Of a stretch of 64,000 nt of DNA, positions 1 through 12,478 are shown piece by piece. The position numbers and the translations under genes were made by a program. The stretch is from positions 4,526,001 through 4,590,000 of the forward strand of contig JAQFVV010000005.1 in assembly GCA_028023455.1 (NCBI GenBank), in the 5' to 3' direction. Position 1 is the stretch's first letter. Every line of letters starts with the position of its first letter. The stretch is from Epiperipatus broadwayi (Eukaryota > Animalia > Onychophora). The notes beneath the pieces are model-generated. The model saw only the letters and a program-made list of their open reading frames with translations, was not told the DNA's origin and made no database searches.

Positions 1-215
1 AAACCAAGTTATAGTTGACGTCATTCACTTTATTTATTTGTACGTTTGATAATATTTTTTTACTTTAATATAGGGCCAAAAAGTGATAAGATTAGTGTCA
101 GTTTGTAACGTAATGAAGAAATATTTTACCTTTAATGTAAGTAAAATAAAATATAATTTATGGTGGACACTTGATTGCATATTAACATGATCATTATTAA
201 GGGGGAAAGGTAAGA

Positions 216-307
216 CGTTCAAGCATTGGTGGCTAGCGGTTAGCCTAGCTTCCTTCCAAGCAACTGGCCCAAGTTCGCTTCCCGGTCAACGCTTTGACAT
301 ATAAAAA
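216..307 (+). mobile_element. tRNA-Gly(TCC)-derived SINE / tRNA retropseudogene with short GACATAT-A(n) tail
   Basis: GCATTGGTGG..GGTTAGC..CTTCCAAGCA..GTTCGCTTCCCGGTCAACGC follows the eukaryotic tRNA-Gly(TCC) pattern (A box, B box). It is followed by TTGACATAT and an A-tail, and flanked by the direct repeat AAAGGTAAGA (206-215 / 308-317). Confidence 0.8.
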
Positions 308-1698
308 AAAGGTAAGATATTACCTAATATGTATTTAATACATTTATATACTTGCAACACATACATTTTTCTTTGTTTGTTAGTATGAATAATCGTGTTA
401 AACGTTTGCAGTATATTTGATTAACTATCTATGTCATAAATGGTTTTCCGTGTCTACATCATGATTATTGCACATAACAGATGAAGCCCAAATCAACACA
501 ATGACAAATACGAATCTCAGATACTAAAGCTGGTTAAAATAAATGATTTTAGAGTTTCAAGTAACAGTTTTAGAAAGTAAAGATGATTATGGCAATCCTG
601 TACTGTACATGATAAAATCGTATTTATGTTAATAGGGACATCCAATGGCTATTTTTTATGGGATCAGGATTTGTGGTAATCTTTGGAACCAAATATAAAC
701 AAGAATAACCATAAATGTTTAATGAACTGTTTTATAATCTTGTTTTAAATTTTCTTTGTTAAAATACCAATCGCAGTAAATTTATATAGTCAAATTTAAT
801 TTAGTCATATCTGCTCACATATTTATGAATATCTTATTTGTGTACAAGTAATTTCACATCCACAACTATTGTTAAACACATACACATGTTTACATCTATC
901 TATATTTCAAGTGATACTAATATAACCTGAATTAGATGATCATGTGGAATGTCCATAGATTTGAAACTCGGGATAATGGGAATGAAACGTGACATGGATG
1001 AGATAAATTAGGTATATAATTAATGTTTAGTTAGTCCTAGGAATAAAATCTGTCTGTGTGTGTGTGTGTGTGGTATGTATAGTATAAATAACAAAGATAT
1101 ACTTAGTTATTTACTGTGATGACCTCAACAACCTATTTACATACTGCTTGTTTAGGAGTTATTGGTAAAGCTCCATCTAGTGATCATTAATTGCAAGCTA
1201 GAGCAAGTTATGAAATTTATAACTTTTTTTGTTTATCATATATATATGTAACCCTTTGCAGATATTTTGTATTTTCAAAAGTCCCTCATAAAAATATTAG
1301 TTACAAAAAAGCTTTCAATTAAGAGAATATTGCGCCCTTTTTAATCTTTGTTTTACCTCTAGTTAAGAGTATCTAAATATCCATTTAATAATCAGTATTG
1401 AAGTATTATGTGGATTGCTATAATCAGCTACCATAAAAAAGTTATTTCATCTGAATTATATGCTATTGCTACAACATAAGGTATGATATATTTTTATATA
1501 ATAATACAAAGTCATTACCCATAAAACATAATTTAATCTTAAATATTTATGTATAAAATAAAAAACTGTTTCTGATACAATTACTTTTTGTCCTTTTCTC
1601 TCATTTTTTCATTTTATTATTTTTAGTTATTATCTTATTGTTTCATTTAATGTGATAGTTATAGGGCATAACCATGTGATTTTTTTTATGATATAGTT

Positions 1699-2545
1699 CA
1701 GCATTTCCCAACCTTTTTTGGCTCGCGTACCATTTGGTAGTACATCACGCTAAATTGTACCACTTCGTAAAAATGATTGTATTTCGTGAAATTTGTTATT
1801 GTGAGTGTGTTATTTTAATTGCATTATAAATATTATAGGGTGACCATGTACATTCAATCTGTTTTGATACTTATTTTTTTTAAAAAAATATATGAAGAAA
1901 AAGCTCTTCCTACTAATTCCATATTAGTAAATGGTAATAATAATTTAACAGCTTTCTCAGAAAGTTGTTCATATTTTTTAATGTTTAACCAAAAATTAAT
2001 TAGATTGTGTCGTTTGAATTCTATTTGTAAAGTTCTGTCACATGATAATTCTATTAAATTTTCTTTATCCTTTATTGATAATGATGTAGCTTTTTCTAAA
2101 TTTTTTGCATAGAAGGGGTTTGAAATCCAATTATCATTTGTGTTTTCGGGTTTTGGAAAATATTCCATGAAAGACAATTTTAATCCTGTTAAATGTGCTA
2201 TTATATTTTCTCATATATCTTGAGACAGACTAACCTTATTTTCAAACGAAAAAATATGTAGAGTTTCGAATACTTCCGATTGATTGTTTTCGATACACTG
2301 TTTCCAAAAATCTAATTTCTTAATCATACTTTCAATTTTATCATTAACATTAAAGATCGTTATCGACTGTACGTATTAACAACTTTACTGTATAATATTA
2401 TTAATTAAAATAATTTTTATGAATTATAGAAAAAAACGTTTCTATGATATTTTTATGATTTAATTTTTTTTTATGTCCGCCATTATTGATTATTTTTTGT
2501 GTACCACCAACCAGCAACTCGTGTACCACAGGTTGGGAAACACTG
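1699..2545 (-). mobile_element. hAT (Buster/Charlie-type) internally deleted DNA transposon
   Basis: TIRs CAGCATTTCCCAACC / GGTTGGGAAACACTG; 8-bp TSD ATATAGTT (1691-1698 / 2546-2553) with central TA. Internal ORF 1854-2177(-) (WISNPF..LIELSCD..FW..KAVKLLLPF) resembles the hAT C-terminal dimerisation region. Confidence 0.92.
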
Positions 2546-2989
2546 ATATAGTTAATATCCCTTTGTACTAACTGTGATAAGGTGATTGTATAATCTGCAA
2601 ACACATTTCCATTCTTTAATTAAAAAGAATAAATTCTAATGCAATTTTTTCTTTAGGAATTAGAATTATTGATAATGATATATATATATATTGTTTTAAG
2701 ATTAACTAATGGTAAGTGTTTAAATATAATATGATTGCATTCGAGACAATCCTCCAGACATATGTGAGAGGAAAAAAGTAAAGCCATATCTCTTTAGTCT
2801 TTAAAAAATGTATTGTCATGTGCTGGCACTAGAGGGCAATTTAATTTTACTTGAACATTTGCAATGAGTTTATATCAAAACATTATATAAAATATTTAGT
2901 GTTGTAAATTCTCCTTTATTATATATATTGTAATGGTCTGATTTATGTATGTTTAAACTATTTACTTTTATTTTAATTTATTCAGATTT

Positions 2990-4130
2990 TAACTGACATT
3001 AAACATCAGAAAATAGGCTTGCAATTTTGGAAAAGGAGACATATCAAAAGGATATTACCGTATATTATCGATATGTGGAGGATGTATTTGTATGTGGCAA
3101 GCCGAATATTATTAAAGAATTGTTTAAGGAATTAAATAGTTTAGATGACTTAAAATGGATCAAAACAGATGAAAAGTTAATGTGTGCTTACTTTCTTGAT
3201 CTTAAGATAACTAGAAATAGATGTAAGCCAGATTACTGTATGATGATTAAACCAATAGCAAAAAGAAGTTACATTCCATATAAATCAAGGGTGACAAATG
3301 GCACATAAAACGGCAGGTTTGAAGTCCTTTTTATTTAGAAATAACAATCTTTGTAAGTATTCATCAGATAACGGCAAAAATATTGAAATGTATTTGAATG
3401 AATTGTTAAATGTTGGCTATGATTATAATCTTATATATAATACTAATAAAAATTTTAATAGGAAATATAAAAATAAAAATATTAATAATATTGATTCTAC
3501 TATAATACCATATATTTCAAACGAACAAGTAAATTTTATAAGGGAAATTTATAAAGGTATCCGTGATATTGCATTTTATGACCTCCTGCATTAAACAAAT
3601 TAATAAATAAATCAAAAGATAAAACTTCATTTTAAAATAAAAATTGTTATCATTTATAAATGAAGATGTAAGTGTGGCAGTGTATATATAGGGAAATCAA
3701 GATGTACATTAAAGAAAAAAACTAAAAAGCACTTGCTGTTATTAAGAAGGGTTCAAAAAATGAAACAAAATTGGAATGGAAATGATAATGTTTCAGCATC
3801 TTTTTTTATGACCATACTAGATTATATATATATGTTTTTAATTTGAATTATAATAATGTAAACATATTGCAAATTGAAAGAAATAACAATAATAAGAAAA
3901 TAAAAGAAGCCATGTTAGTATATCAATATAAGCAAAACTTAATAAATAGATAGGTAGCAAATGTAAAAATCATGGAATTGTGGGAAGATTAGCCTTTGAA
4001 AGTGTTAGTTGACAAAAATTATGAAGAAGTGCTCCTAAATGGATAAAAGTTTTTTAAAGTTGTACTATATATATATTTGGTTACCGAATTTATAAATATT
4101 AAATTACAAGATTATATATATTCGTATATA
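2990..4130 (+). mobile_element. Penelope-like retroelement remnant (RT C-terminal part + GIY-YIG endonuclease), degraded
   Basis: ORF 3027-3308 YYRYVEDVF..FLDLKI (RYVDD/FLD motifs). About 3660-3720 reads CKCGSVYIGKSRC in a broken frame (GIY-YIG). Homologous to 11820-12430. Confidence 0.75.
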
Positions 4131-4350
4131 ATAAGTGTAATAATGCTCAAGGCTAAATGGGTTTGTAAATACTTTATAAGTAATCATTAAAAACCAGTCA
4201 ACCCTTAGACAGTTCCAATATAAATACAATCAACAGTTTGAAATTGTTGTATTGATATTGGGATTGTTTAAGTGTTGACTGTTTTTTGATGATTACTTAT
4301 AAATTATTTACAAACCCATTTAGCCCTGAACATTATTACACTTATTATTT
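4130..4350. repeat. ~220-bp imperfect fold-back palindrome
   Basis: AATAAGTGTAATAATGCTCAAGGCTAAATGGGTTTGTAAAT.. is the reverse complement of ..ATTTACAAACCCATTTAGCCCTGAACATTATTACACTTATT; centre near 4240. A partial direct copy of the right arm lies at ~4615-4660. Confidence 0.85.
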
Positions 4351-5201
4351 AAGTAATACTTTGGGTGCAATTTGAAATTTATAGTTGTAGTTTGTAATGT
4401 TATAATTGACTATTTATTAGTCTGAATTTAGAATAAGTTATATTTACCTCTCTAAAGAGGTTTATTTAAACTGCTTTGTATCATTAATTTCAATCTCTGT
4501 CATCAAGTTGTAATCTTTAGTGTCTATATAAGTATATTAGACCATTAATAAAAGTGGGATTCCACCTTTATTGTTAAAAGGAGGTTGCCTTGACAACAGT
4601 TTGAAATTGTTGATTGAATTGATATTGTGATTGTCTAAGTGTTGACTGGTTTTTAATAATATATTCTTATGTATACATTTAAATGAAATTTGAAAATATT
4701 TTCTTTAATATGGTGATGATGATCACTATAGAGCCACTATTTGCAATACCTGGCAGGATCATAAAGAATGGACATGGAATAAATGTGCAAACTAGACAAT
4801 ACTCTATATTAAATAGTTAACACATTGTTTAAACAAATAACAAAACAATAGTTTAATTACAAAAGAATCATAATTGTCAGACAATTTATAATGTTCTTCT
4901 CCTTAAATGTGCTTATATTACAGATGTTATGACAGTTAAACAATCGTATTTATTTGATTGTTGTTTCAATAAATCATTCTTCTCCTATCTTTTATTTTTA
5001 TTTTAGTTCACATGCATAGTGGTAAACAATAATGATGATTTGAAAAATGTGCATGGTTTATTTTTGATTAGTTTTAAAACATTAATCTTTTTAATTACAT
5101 ATTACAATATTAATATAGTTTTATGATAGATAAAAATTTGCCATAGAGTGAATATTTGGCCTTTAATATACTGTAGTCCACCCTCACAAATATAATACAT
5201 T

Positions 5202-5536
5202 TGAAACAAGCAAAACTCTCTATATGTATTGCCACTCAGTGCAAGCCAGAGTAATCAATGGATGCCAGAAGGCTTGTGCATAAAATCCCCATCTAGTGCC
5301 TTACTCATCCAATATCCCCAGACTAGTTTCTGGCTTATGGCCTTGTCATTGAGGAGCCTTGGATCTGAGAGCACTGCACCTAGATCTTAGGTTCTCCCAT
5401 TTTTTATGCTTGCTCTTAACTGTTATTAAAACAGGCAAAACTCTCTATACATATTGCCATTCAGTGCAAGCCAGAGTAATCAACAGATGCCAGAAGGCTT
5501 GTGCATAAAATGGTGATGATGTGATGTTTATTGGCT
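5202..5536 (-). mobile_element. Hammerhead/fold-back family copy 1 (two antisense segments + short sense tail)
   Basis: Starts AAACAAGCAAAACTCTC.., restarts at ~5428 AAAACAGGCAAAACTC and ends AAATGGTGATGATGTGATGTTTATTGG. The ribozyme core on the - strand is mutated (AATGACAA). Confidence 0.85.
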
Positions 5537-6515
5537 TCTAATACATTTGATTATATCATAAGCTTCATAGCCTAGATATGGACATATATCTAATATGGAA
5601 TAATTATAACCAATACACCTCTCTTACAATGATAATTCTAGGAAGTGGGCACTTTAGGTCCAAATCCTGATTTAATAATATCTCATTTTAATTTCAGAGG
5701 TAGCTGTTTTGGTCTGATGCTAATTGAAAATGACATTGTTTATTAAAATTGAAAATTACCAGATGGTAACAGTTTGGGAGTATTTGATCTTTATTTTACT
5801 TTTTATTTAAAAATAATTAGATACCCATTTAGCAACTAAAATCAAATAGTTTGACACTGGACTAGATTCAGCTACATGAATGAAAAATTCTAAACCTAAC
5901 AAAATCCTGGAATTTTTTTTTCTATTTATTGCTGTTTGAATTTAAACACAGACCACAGATATTGAAAATATATAAGATACTTTAAATTTCAAAACTATTG
6001 TAGAATATAAGCTATAGAGAGAGGACGAGAGAGAAAGATAGAAAGAGGGGAGAAAGAAAACAATCTGAGCTCTTATATTGTTAGAATCAAACTATCAATA
6101 CACTCACATGTTTCAAAGAAATAAAAATAGGTCCAAAAATGAAATAATTTGATTTTAAAGAGTAAATAAAGTTCCATAAACTATCTAAAAAAACTACTCA
6201 ATACTGTGTAATTAAAATTAGAATGCTTACTGTTGTATGATATAAAATAGTTCAGATAAATTAGACTCATCTCTATATAAGTATTTTAAAAATTGTTCTC
6301 AGTATAGTAACTATATTGTCTCATTTAAAAATTTTAATAGGATGTCTTCAGAAAAAGCGAAGGAATAGGGGGAAAGTAAAATCAGAAAGACCCACAAGAA
6401 CATCAGAAATTTAATTTGTAAAATTTTTATCTGTAGTTGTGAGAGGATTATTTGTTTTATAGAAGCACCAGATAATAGAAAAAGAATGTCTATATATACT
6501 TCAACAAAAATCAAT

Positions 6516-7960
6516 AAACTAAATACTAATTGTGATAAAACACAGTTGCTGAAGCTATAAACATAAAATTACAAATATAAAGCTGAGCGTTTTTGGGGAA
6601 TTTAAGCCTCCATAATCATAGCCCAATACAATATAAATACAAAATATAAACACTTATTCAAAAGCAAAATGTGTATCTCAAATAAAATATAAACTAAGTC
6701 TAAATAAATAAATAAAATAATATAAAATAAAAATATAATGAAACAAAAATAAATAAATATTATAGCGTTCACATTTTAGAAATACTAAAACAAGAATCCT
6801 TTCTATTAATAACATTAGGATTACCAGCTATAAAACAAGCTTCATTAATCTTACGCTTTACGTCATTCTTCTCAGTACACACTAATTTTGCCTCTACTGG
6901 TTGACATAGATGTCCAGCCTTATTTTCATGTTCCACAAACACTGAATTACCCAAAGCTTTAGTTTTAGTATGATAATACAAATATTTATCCAGTGAAATT
7001 CTATTTGAAATATTGGTTTTAGTTTCACCATAATAAATAGAATGACAATCTTTATGAGGACAAGAAACCCTATAAACTACATGGCATCTTTGAATTCATT
7101 TTTATATAAAAACTACCAACTTTGTAAATTTGAGGCACATAGGAAGGAAAATCTTATTTGTTTTATTGAGGACTTAGTGAAACTTGGACATAAATGTTCA
7201 ATTATTAATAATAGGGTTGTGAAATTTTTACATAATTTGCGGTTTAAACCTTACAAGACAGAAAAACCTCATATAGTTTTGCCATATATTCATTCTATTG
7301 CAAAACGGTTAATTAATAAGTTATCTCCGGATTTTCAAGTAATTTTTCATTCACCTCCAAATACGAATAGATTGATTAACAATTCAAAATTTAAAATTGA
7401 ATCTAATTTAACACAGCATGTAGTTTATAGGGTTTCTAGTCCTTCTAAAGATTGTCATTCTATTTATTATGGTGAAACTAAAACCAATATTTTAAATAGA
7501 GTTTCACAGCATAAATATCTGTATCATCATACTAAAACTAAAGCTTTGGGTAATTCAGTGTTTGTGGAACATGAAAATAAGGCTGGACATCTATGTCAAC
7601 CAGTAGAGGCAAAATTAGTGTGTACTGAGAAGAATGACGTAAAGCGTAAGATTAATGAAGCTTGTTTTATAGCTGGTAATCCTAATGCTATTAATAGAAA
7701 GGATTCTTGTTTAGTATTTCTAAAATGTGGCCGCTATAATATTTATTTATTTATTTTTATATTTTTATTTTATTTAGATTTAGTTTACATTTTATTTGAG
7801 ATACGCATTTTGCTTTTGAATAAGTGTTTATATTTGTATTTATATTGTATTGGGCTATGATTATGGAGGCTTAAGTCCCCGAAAACGCTCAGCTTTATAT
7901 TTGTAATTTTATGGTTAAAGCTTCAGCAACTATCTTTTATCACAGATAGTATTTAGTTTA
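6516..7960 (+). mobile_element. Penelope-like element: 5'-truncated GIY-YIG copy with upstream inverted 3' arm
   Basis: ORF 7042-7860 contains VVYRV..CHSIYYGETKTNILNRVSQH..KRKINEACFI (GIY-YIG). 6516-7083 is a high-identity reverse complement of 7417-7960, which is the inverted pLTR arrangement. Confidence 0.88.
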
Positions 7961-8799
7961 AAAAGAAGATGCAACATATCCAGATGTTTTTGTTTAATCA
8001 CTGAAATCATTGTAATAAAGAAATGAAACAAAAGAGTTATTTTAAAGATTAATCTTTTATTTTTGTACAGTAAACATGTTTTTATTTAGAGAGCGATAAA
8101 TATTATATTCTCTTATTATAAAAAAAAAAAAATGGAATAGTACAATAAATTTTCGATAGATGTCGCAAGTTTATAACTTTAAAAGAGAGAGATAAAAAGA
8201 ATAAATGTATAGATATATGAAGAATAGTAAAAGAGGATAGAAAAAATAATTAGGGATAAAAGAAACAGAGTTATGACAAATATATATGATTAAAAATATA
8301 ATAGAAGTTATATAGAAATAATATATATATATAAGCATATAGGTGTAGCTATCAATATAAATAACTCATTGTTTTGATTTTGGGGGTGAGAGAGTTGTGA
8401 AGCAAGGATAAAGAAAAATAAAATTAAAATTTTGGCTGTAGCTATGTTTATTGTAAATATCGGAGAGTATTAAAGTATTTATTTTTGGAAAGTTGAATAT
8501 TGAAAGAATAGATGATAAGTTGAATAGAGAATAGAAGAAATATAAAAGAAATGTAAAGGAATATGAGGGAGATTTTCAACTTTTTTTTAAAAAAAGTTTT
8601 TATGATAAAAAGATAAAATATCTAATTATCTATAATTGATTCAACTTTTCTTATTAAAATAGATTTTAAAAAAAACGTTTGCCCTTAAAAAATGATTTAG
8701 TAATAATAAAAAGTTATCAACAGTCACTCGTAAACGATCATTCTAACCTCACTGCCACCCTCCAACCCCCACCCACCCCCCACCCCCAAGATAGAGAAA

Positions 8800-10870
8800 G
8801 AGAAAAAAACTACCCTAAACGTAAGTCTTAGAATGATTATACAAACCAATCTCAGTAACAGGAATATGTTCACATATAGAATATGTTGATTTATTTTTCT
8901 GCTTGTTTGTAATTTTACAATGTTGTTTTAATTTCTTAAGCAGATAACTTTTTTTCTGATATACTTTAATATCACGTCTAATTGTAGCTCTCCAATATAT
9001 TCTATTTTCTGCCATATTTACCCAATGGAAACAATTGGCATTGCGCATCTTTAGAATATCTTTAAGATAATTTTTATAACATATATGAATCGATCTCTCT
9101 CTCAAAACCCTGCTCAATTTCATTATAAAACATTCTTTTAACGAGTCCCCCCCCCCATATGTCATAGCATCGGCCGGGAGGCGAACCCGCAACAACCGTC
9201 TGCAACCAACTGCTTGCAAGGCGGCTGCGCTGACCTCTCGGCTAACAACGCTTGACTGTTTAACTCAACAAAGGTGTGATTTTACGGTAGTGAACCCAAT
9301 GGTATTACATCCAATAACATGAAAAACGTATTGATTGGTTTTATGATCTTGCCATTGCCTTTTAAAATTTTATGGAGCATTCTAAAATGAAACTTTTCCA
9401 GTACTTTTACATGACACTAATAGAGTATCTACGTTTCACTTCCATACAATAAATTAAGTAAAATAACAACTGTTTATACAGGTAACTTAGTTGCAATAAT
9501 ATTCATGTGATGAAATATTTTATCATTTAACTTATTTAAAGCAGCAGTAACACTTCGAAGTCTGTGTTGGATCTCAACATCTAATCCTATCTTTCTATTT
9601 TTAAAATTACCATGACGTTTAAACTGACTTACATTCTTAGGTTGATAATCATCTAAGATAAAAGTTTCTGATTGTTTTTCCTCTGCCATTGGCTGATAGA
9701 GAACGAGTTTTTTTAAACATTAATTAACAAAACAGTCATTATATGTTGGATTTAAAACATTAAGTCCGTTTTGTAATTCATCTTTTGAACTGGAAAAAAT
9801 AGTATGATCATCAGCATATTATAAATCCAGAATCCAATAAGAAGTTTTTGCTTAAAATTCCACAATCAAACCGTTTTCTTTATTCCTACATGATTAAACT
9901 GCTATACACAATTCCAAAGACCATTATCATAAAAATTGAAAGCAGTGTTGGATCAAGGACACATCTTCGTTTAATACCAATTTTAATTTCAAATACCTCA
10001 GGTTTTCTACTTGCAATAATAACACTTCTTATTCCATCATGTAAAAATTGTATAATGTGAATAAATAATTGTGGTGAACAATCTACTAATTTAAACAATA
10101 CTTTTTTCTATTAACTGAATCAAATCCCTTCACCATATCAATAAAAGAAATATATAAATCACTCCTTTGTTCTCAACATATTTCTTGCATTTGCTGATGA
10201 CCAATCATCTATAATTGGAAGCAATCTATTAAACAAAATTTTTGAAAGTATTTTTGCATTAGTGAATAGTAATGATATTTCTTGATAATTATTACAATCT
10301 TGTCTACTCTTTGTTTTTAAAAATTGGAATAATAAAATCACCCTAAATATCAGATCAGACTACTTCATGTTTCCATATATTCCTTAAAATAATCCAATAA
10401 ATTTAAGGCTAATATATCAGTAAAACTTCAGATATTTATCAGAATTTGCAGGTTTTTTAATTTTAAGATTGCAACAAGCTGCTTTAACTTTACTAAGTTG
10501 AATATTTTTATCCAAATCTAAAATGGATATATCATTAAACATCATGAATTCTTGCTGTATTTTTATATTGGACTATTTCCATCATCTAATATGTGTGTTG
10601 AATATCTTTAGAAAAGTTTAATTTTATTTAAATATTCCAAATACATTCAACTGTTAGTAACACCAGCATCACAAACCTTCAGAAAAACACGTCATGAATT
10701 CTTGTATCATAAATCACAAGATGATCAAAATATTCCTTCCGCCTATTCAAAATGTCATTGCCATTATATTTGAAAGTGCCATATCTGTATTTAAAAAGAT
10801 TGTTAAACCACTTTTCACAGCCATTTGTTATTTTCAATGCATCAAAATAAAAATATCTACATGATCAAGA
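8800..10870 (-). mobile_element. RTE/BovB-type LINE, 5'-truncated and heavily degraded
   Basis: Fragments in the expected order on -: RWKEYFDHL-like (~10730), QDCNNYQEISLL..KILSKILFNRL (10159-10341), FIHIIQFLHDG..FEIKIGIKRRCVLDPTLLSIF (9886-10098), LDVEIQHRL (9474-9689), YKNYLKDILK..W..MAENRIYWR (8815-9219). Confidence 0.85.
9147..9258 (-). mobile_element. tRNA-derived SINE nested in the BovB-type LINE
   Basis: Minus strand reads TTAGCCGAGAGGTC..GGGTTCGCCTCCCGGCCGATGCTATGACATATG(G)n, the same GACATAT end as the other copies. TTTAAC lies on both flanks. Confidence 0.8.
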
Positions 10871-10872
10871 TC

Positions 10873-11260
10873 TAAAACAGGCAAAACTCTCCATACAGTA
10901 ATGCCACTCAATGCAAGCCAGAGTAATCAATGGATACCAGAAAGCTTATGCATAAAATCCCTATCTAGTGTATACTAGATAGGGATTTTATGCACAAACC
11001 TTTTTGCATCTGTTGTGGCAAAACTCTCCATACAGTAATGGCACTCAATGCAAGCTAGAGTAATCAATGGATGGCAGAAGGCTTATGCATAAAATCCCTA
11101 CATAGTATGTACTAGATAGGGATTTTATGCACAATTCTTCTTGCATCCATTGATTACTCTGTCTTGCATTGAGTGGCATTACTGTATAGAAAGTTTTGCC
11201 TGTTTTAATAACAATTATGAGCAAGCCTAAAAAATGGTGATCATGTGATGTTTAGTGGTT
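10873..11260. mobile_element. Hammerhead/fold-back family copy 2 (double hairpin, no ribozyme core retained)
   Basis: Antisense 10873-10970, sense 10972-11015, antisense 11016-11107, sense 11108-11260. Ends AAAAATGGTGATCATGTGATGTTTAGTGGTT. Confidence 0.85.
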
Positions 11261-11819
11261 TATAACTAAGATCTCTTTGCAGTTTTAATACTCTAATCAT
11301 TTTAAGCCTTTTTATTAGTCATAAAACTTTTGCTTTCAGTATTTTATATTCATTGTGTAGGACCACATTTAATCTATTATTCTTCTGAGAAAGCATCATG
11401 GTTCCTTTTAATCAAATCACTAAAAGAAAGATCATTGACAGACAGTCATAAAATTTTTTGATGAACCCATTAGTAAATTTATTTGAATCAGATAACACAC
11501 TGGTTAACAGAATTTCAGACTTCGGTAATAAGACAATCCTAAAGAATCAAATTAGCAATTTTAGAGCTTAATATCTTTTGACATTTATTATGTATAGTAG
11601 ACTTTTCTAGAAATAATCATCAATTTTCTTTTGAATATGATTAAATAACAAGATATATATATATATGTGTGTGTGTGTACTCTGATATATAATATGACAG
11701 GAAATTTTGGTTAACATATTCTCTGTGCATATATGCATAGAAACTTCTGTCCAGATTTAAGAAGAAACCATATAACTCATAAAAATTAATAAAAATGAAA
11801 TGCTAATCCTTCAAATCAA

Positions 11820-12430
11820 CAAGTAAAATTTATAAAGAAAATATATAAAAACATATGTGAAATTGCATTTTATGCACCTCCTAATTAAAATAAGTTAATA
11901 AATAATTCTAAGAATAAAATTTATTTGTAAACACAAGTTCTATAGTGTTTAAATGAATTGTAAATGTGGAAGTGCTTATATTGGTAAATCATGCTGTATT
12001 TTAGAGAAAAGGACTAGAGAATATGTACTGTTACTAAAAAGAGTTCAAAAATCTAAACAAAGTAATACTGAAAATAATGATATATCAGCATCTGTGATTT
12101 ATGACCATAATAAAAAATTTAATTTTGGTTATAAAAATGTAAAATATTATGCATTGAAAGAAATAATAATAAAAAATAAAGGAGGTGATATTAATATACA
12201 ATATAAAAAATGCTTAATAAATGGACAGGCAGCAAATGTAAAAATTGGTGAATTATGGGAAAGCTAAAAATATAAAGTGATTATCTTTGAACATACCTTA
12301 TATGTTTGGCTTTAAAGGTTCTAAACTTATTTGACAAATACTACTTAGATAGTTGAAAGTGCTCCTATATGGATGAAAAGTTTGAATTTATATTACAGTA
12401 TTTGTTTTGTTATTTGAATATAAAATTATA
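11820..12430 (+). mobile_element. Penelope-like GIY-YIG remnant
   Basis: ORF 11953-12267 MNCKCGSAYIGKSCCILEKRTREY; colinear similarity to ~3520-4110. Confidence 0.75.
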
Positions 12431-12478
12431 TATATATATATAAGTTAAAGAAATACAGTCATCAATTAATATTATTAC

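Noticed and set aside
223-293. Functional tRNA-Gly gene
   Set aside because: It has mismatched stems, an A-tail and a TSD, and related dispersed copies exist, so it is a SINE or retropseudogene.
2824-2838. CTCF-like motif GCACTAGAGGGCA
   Set aside because: A single short match cannot be distinguished from chance without ChIP or conservation data.
8100-8720. Possible jockey-type RT relic on the minus strand
   Set aside because: Only vague motif resemblance in very AT-rich sequence.
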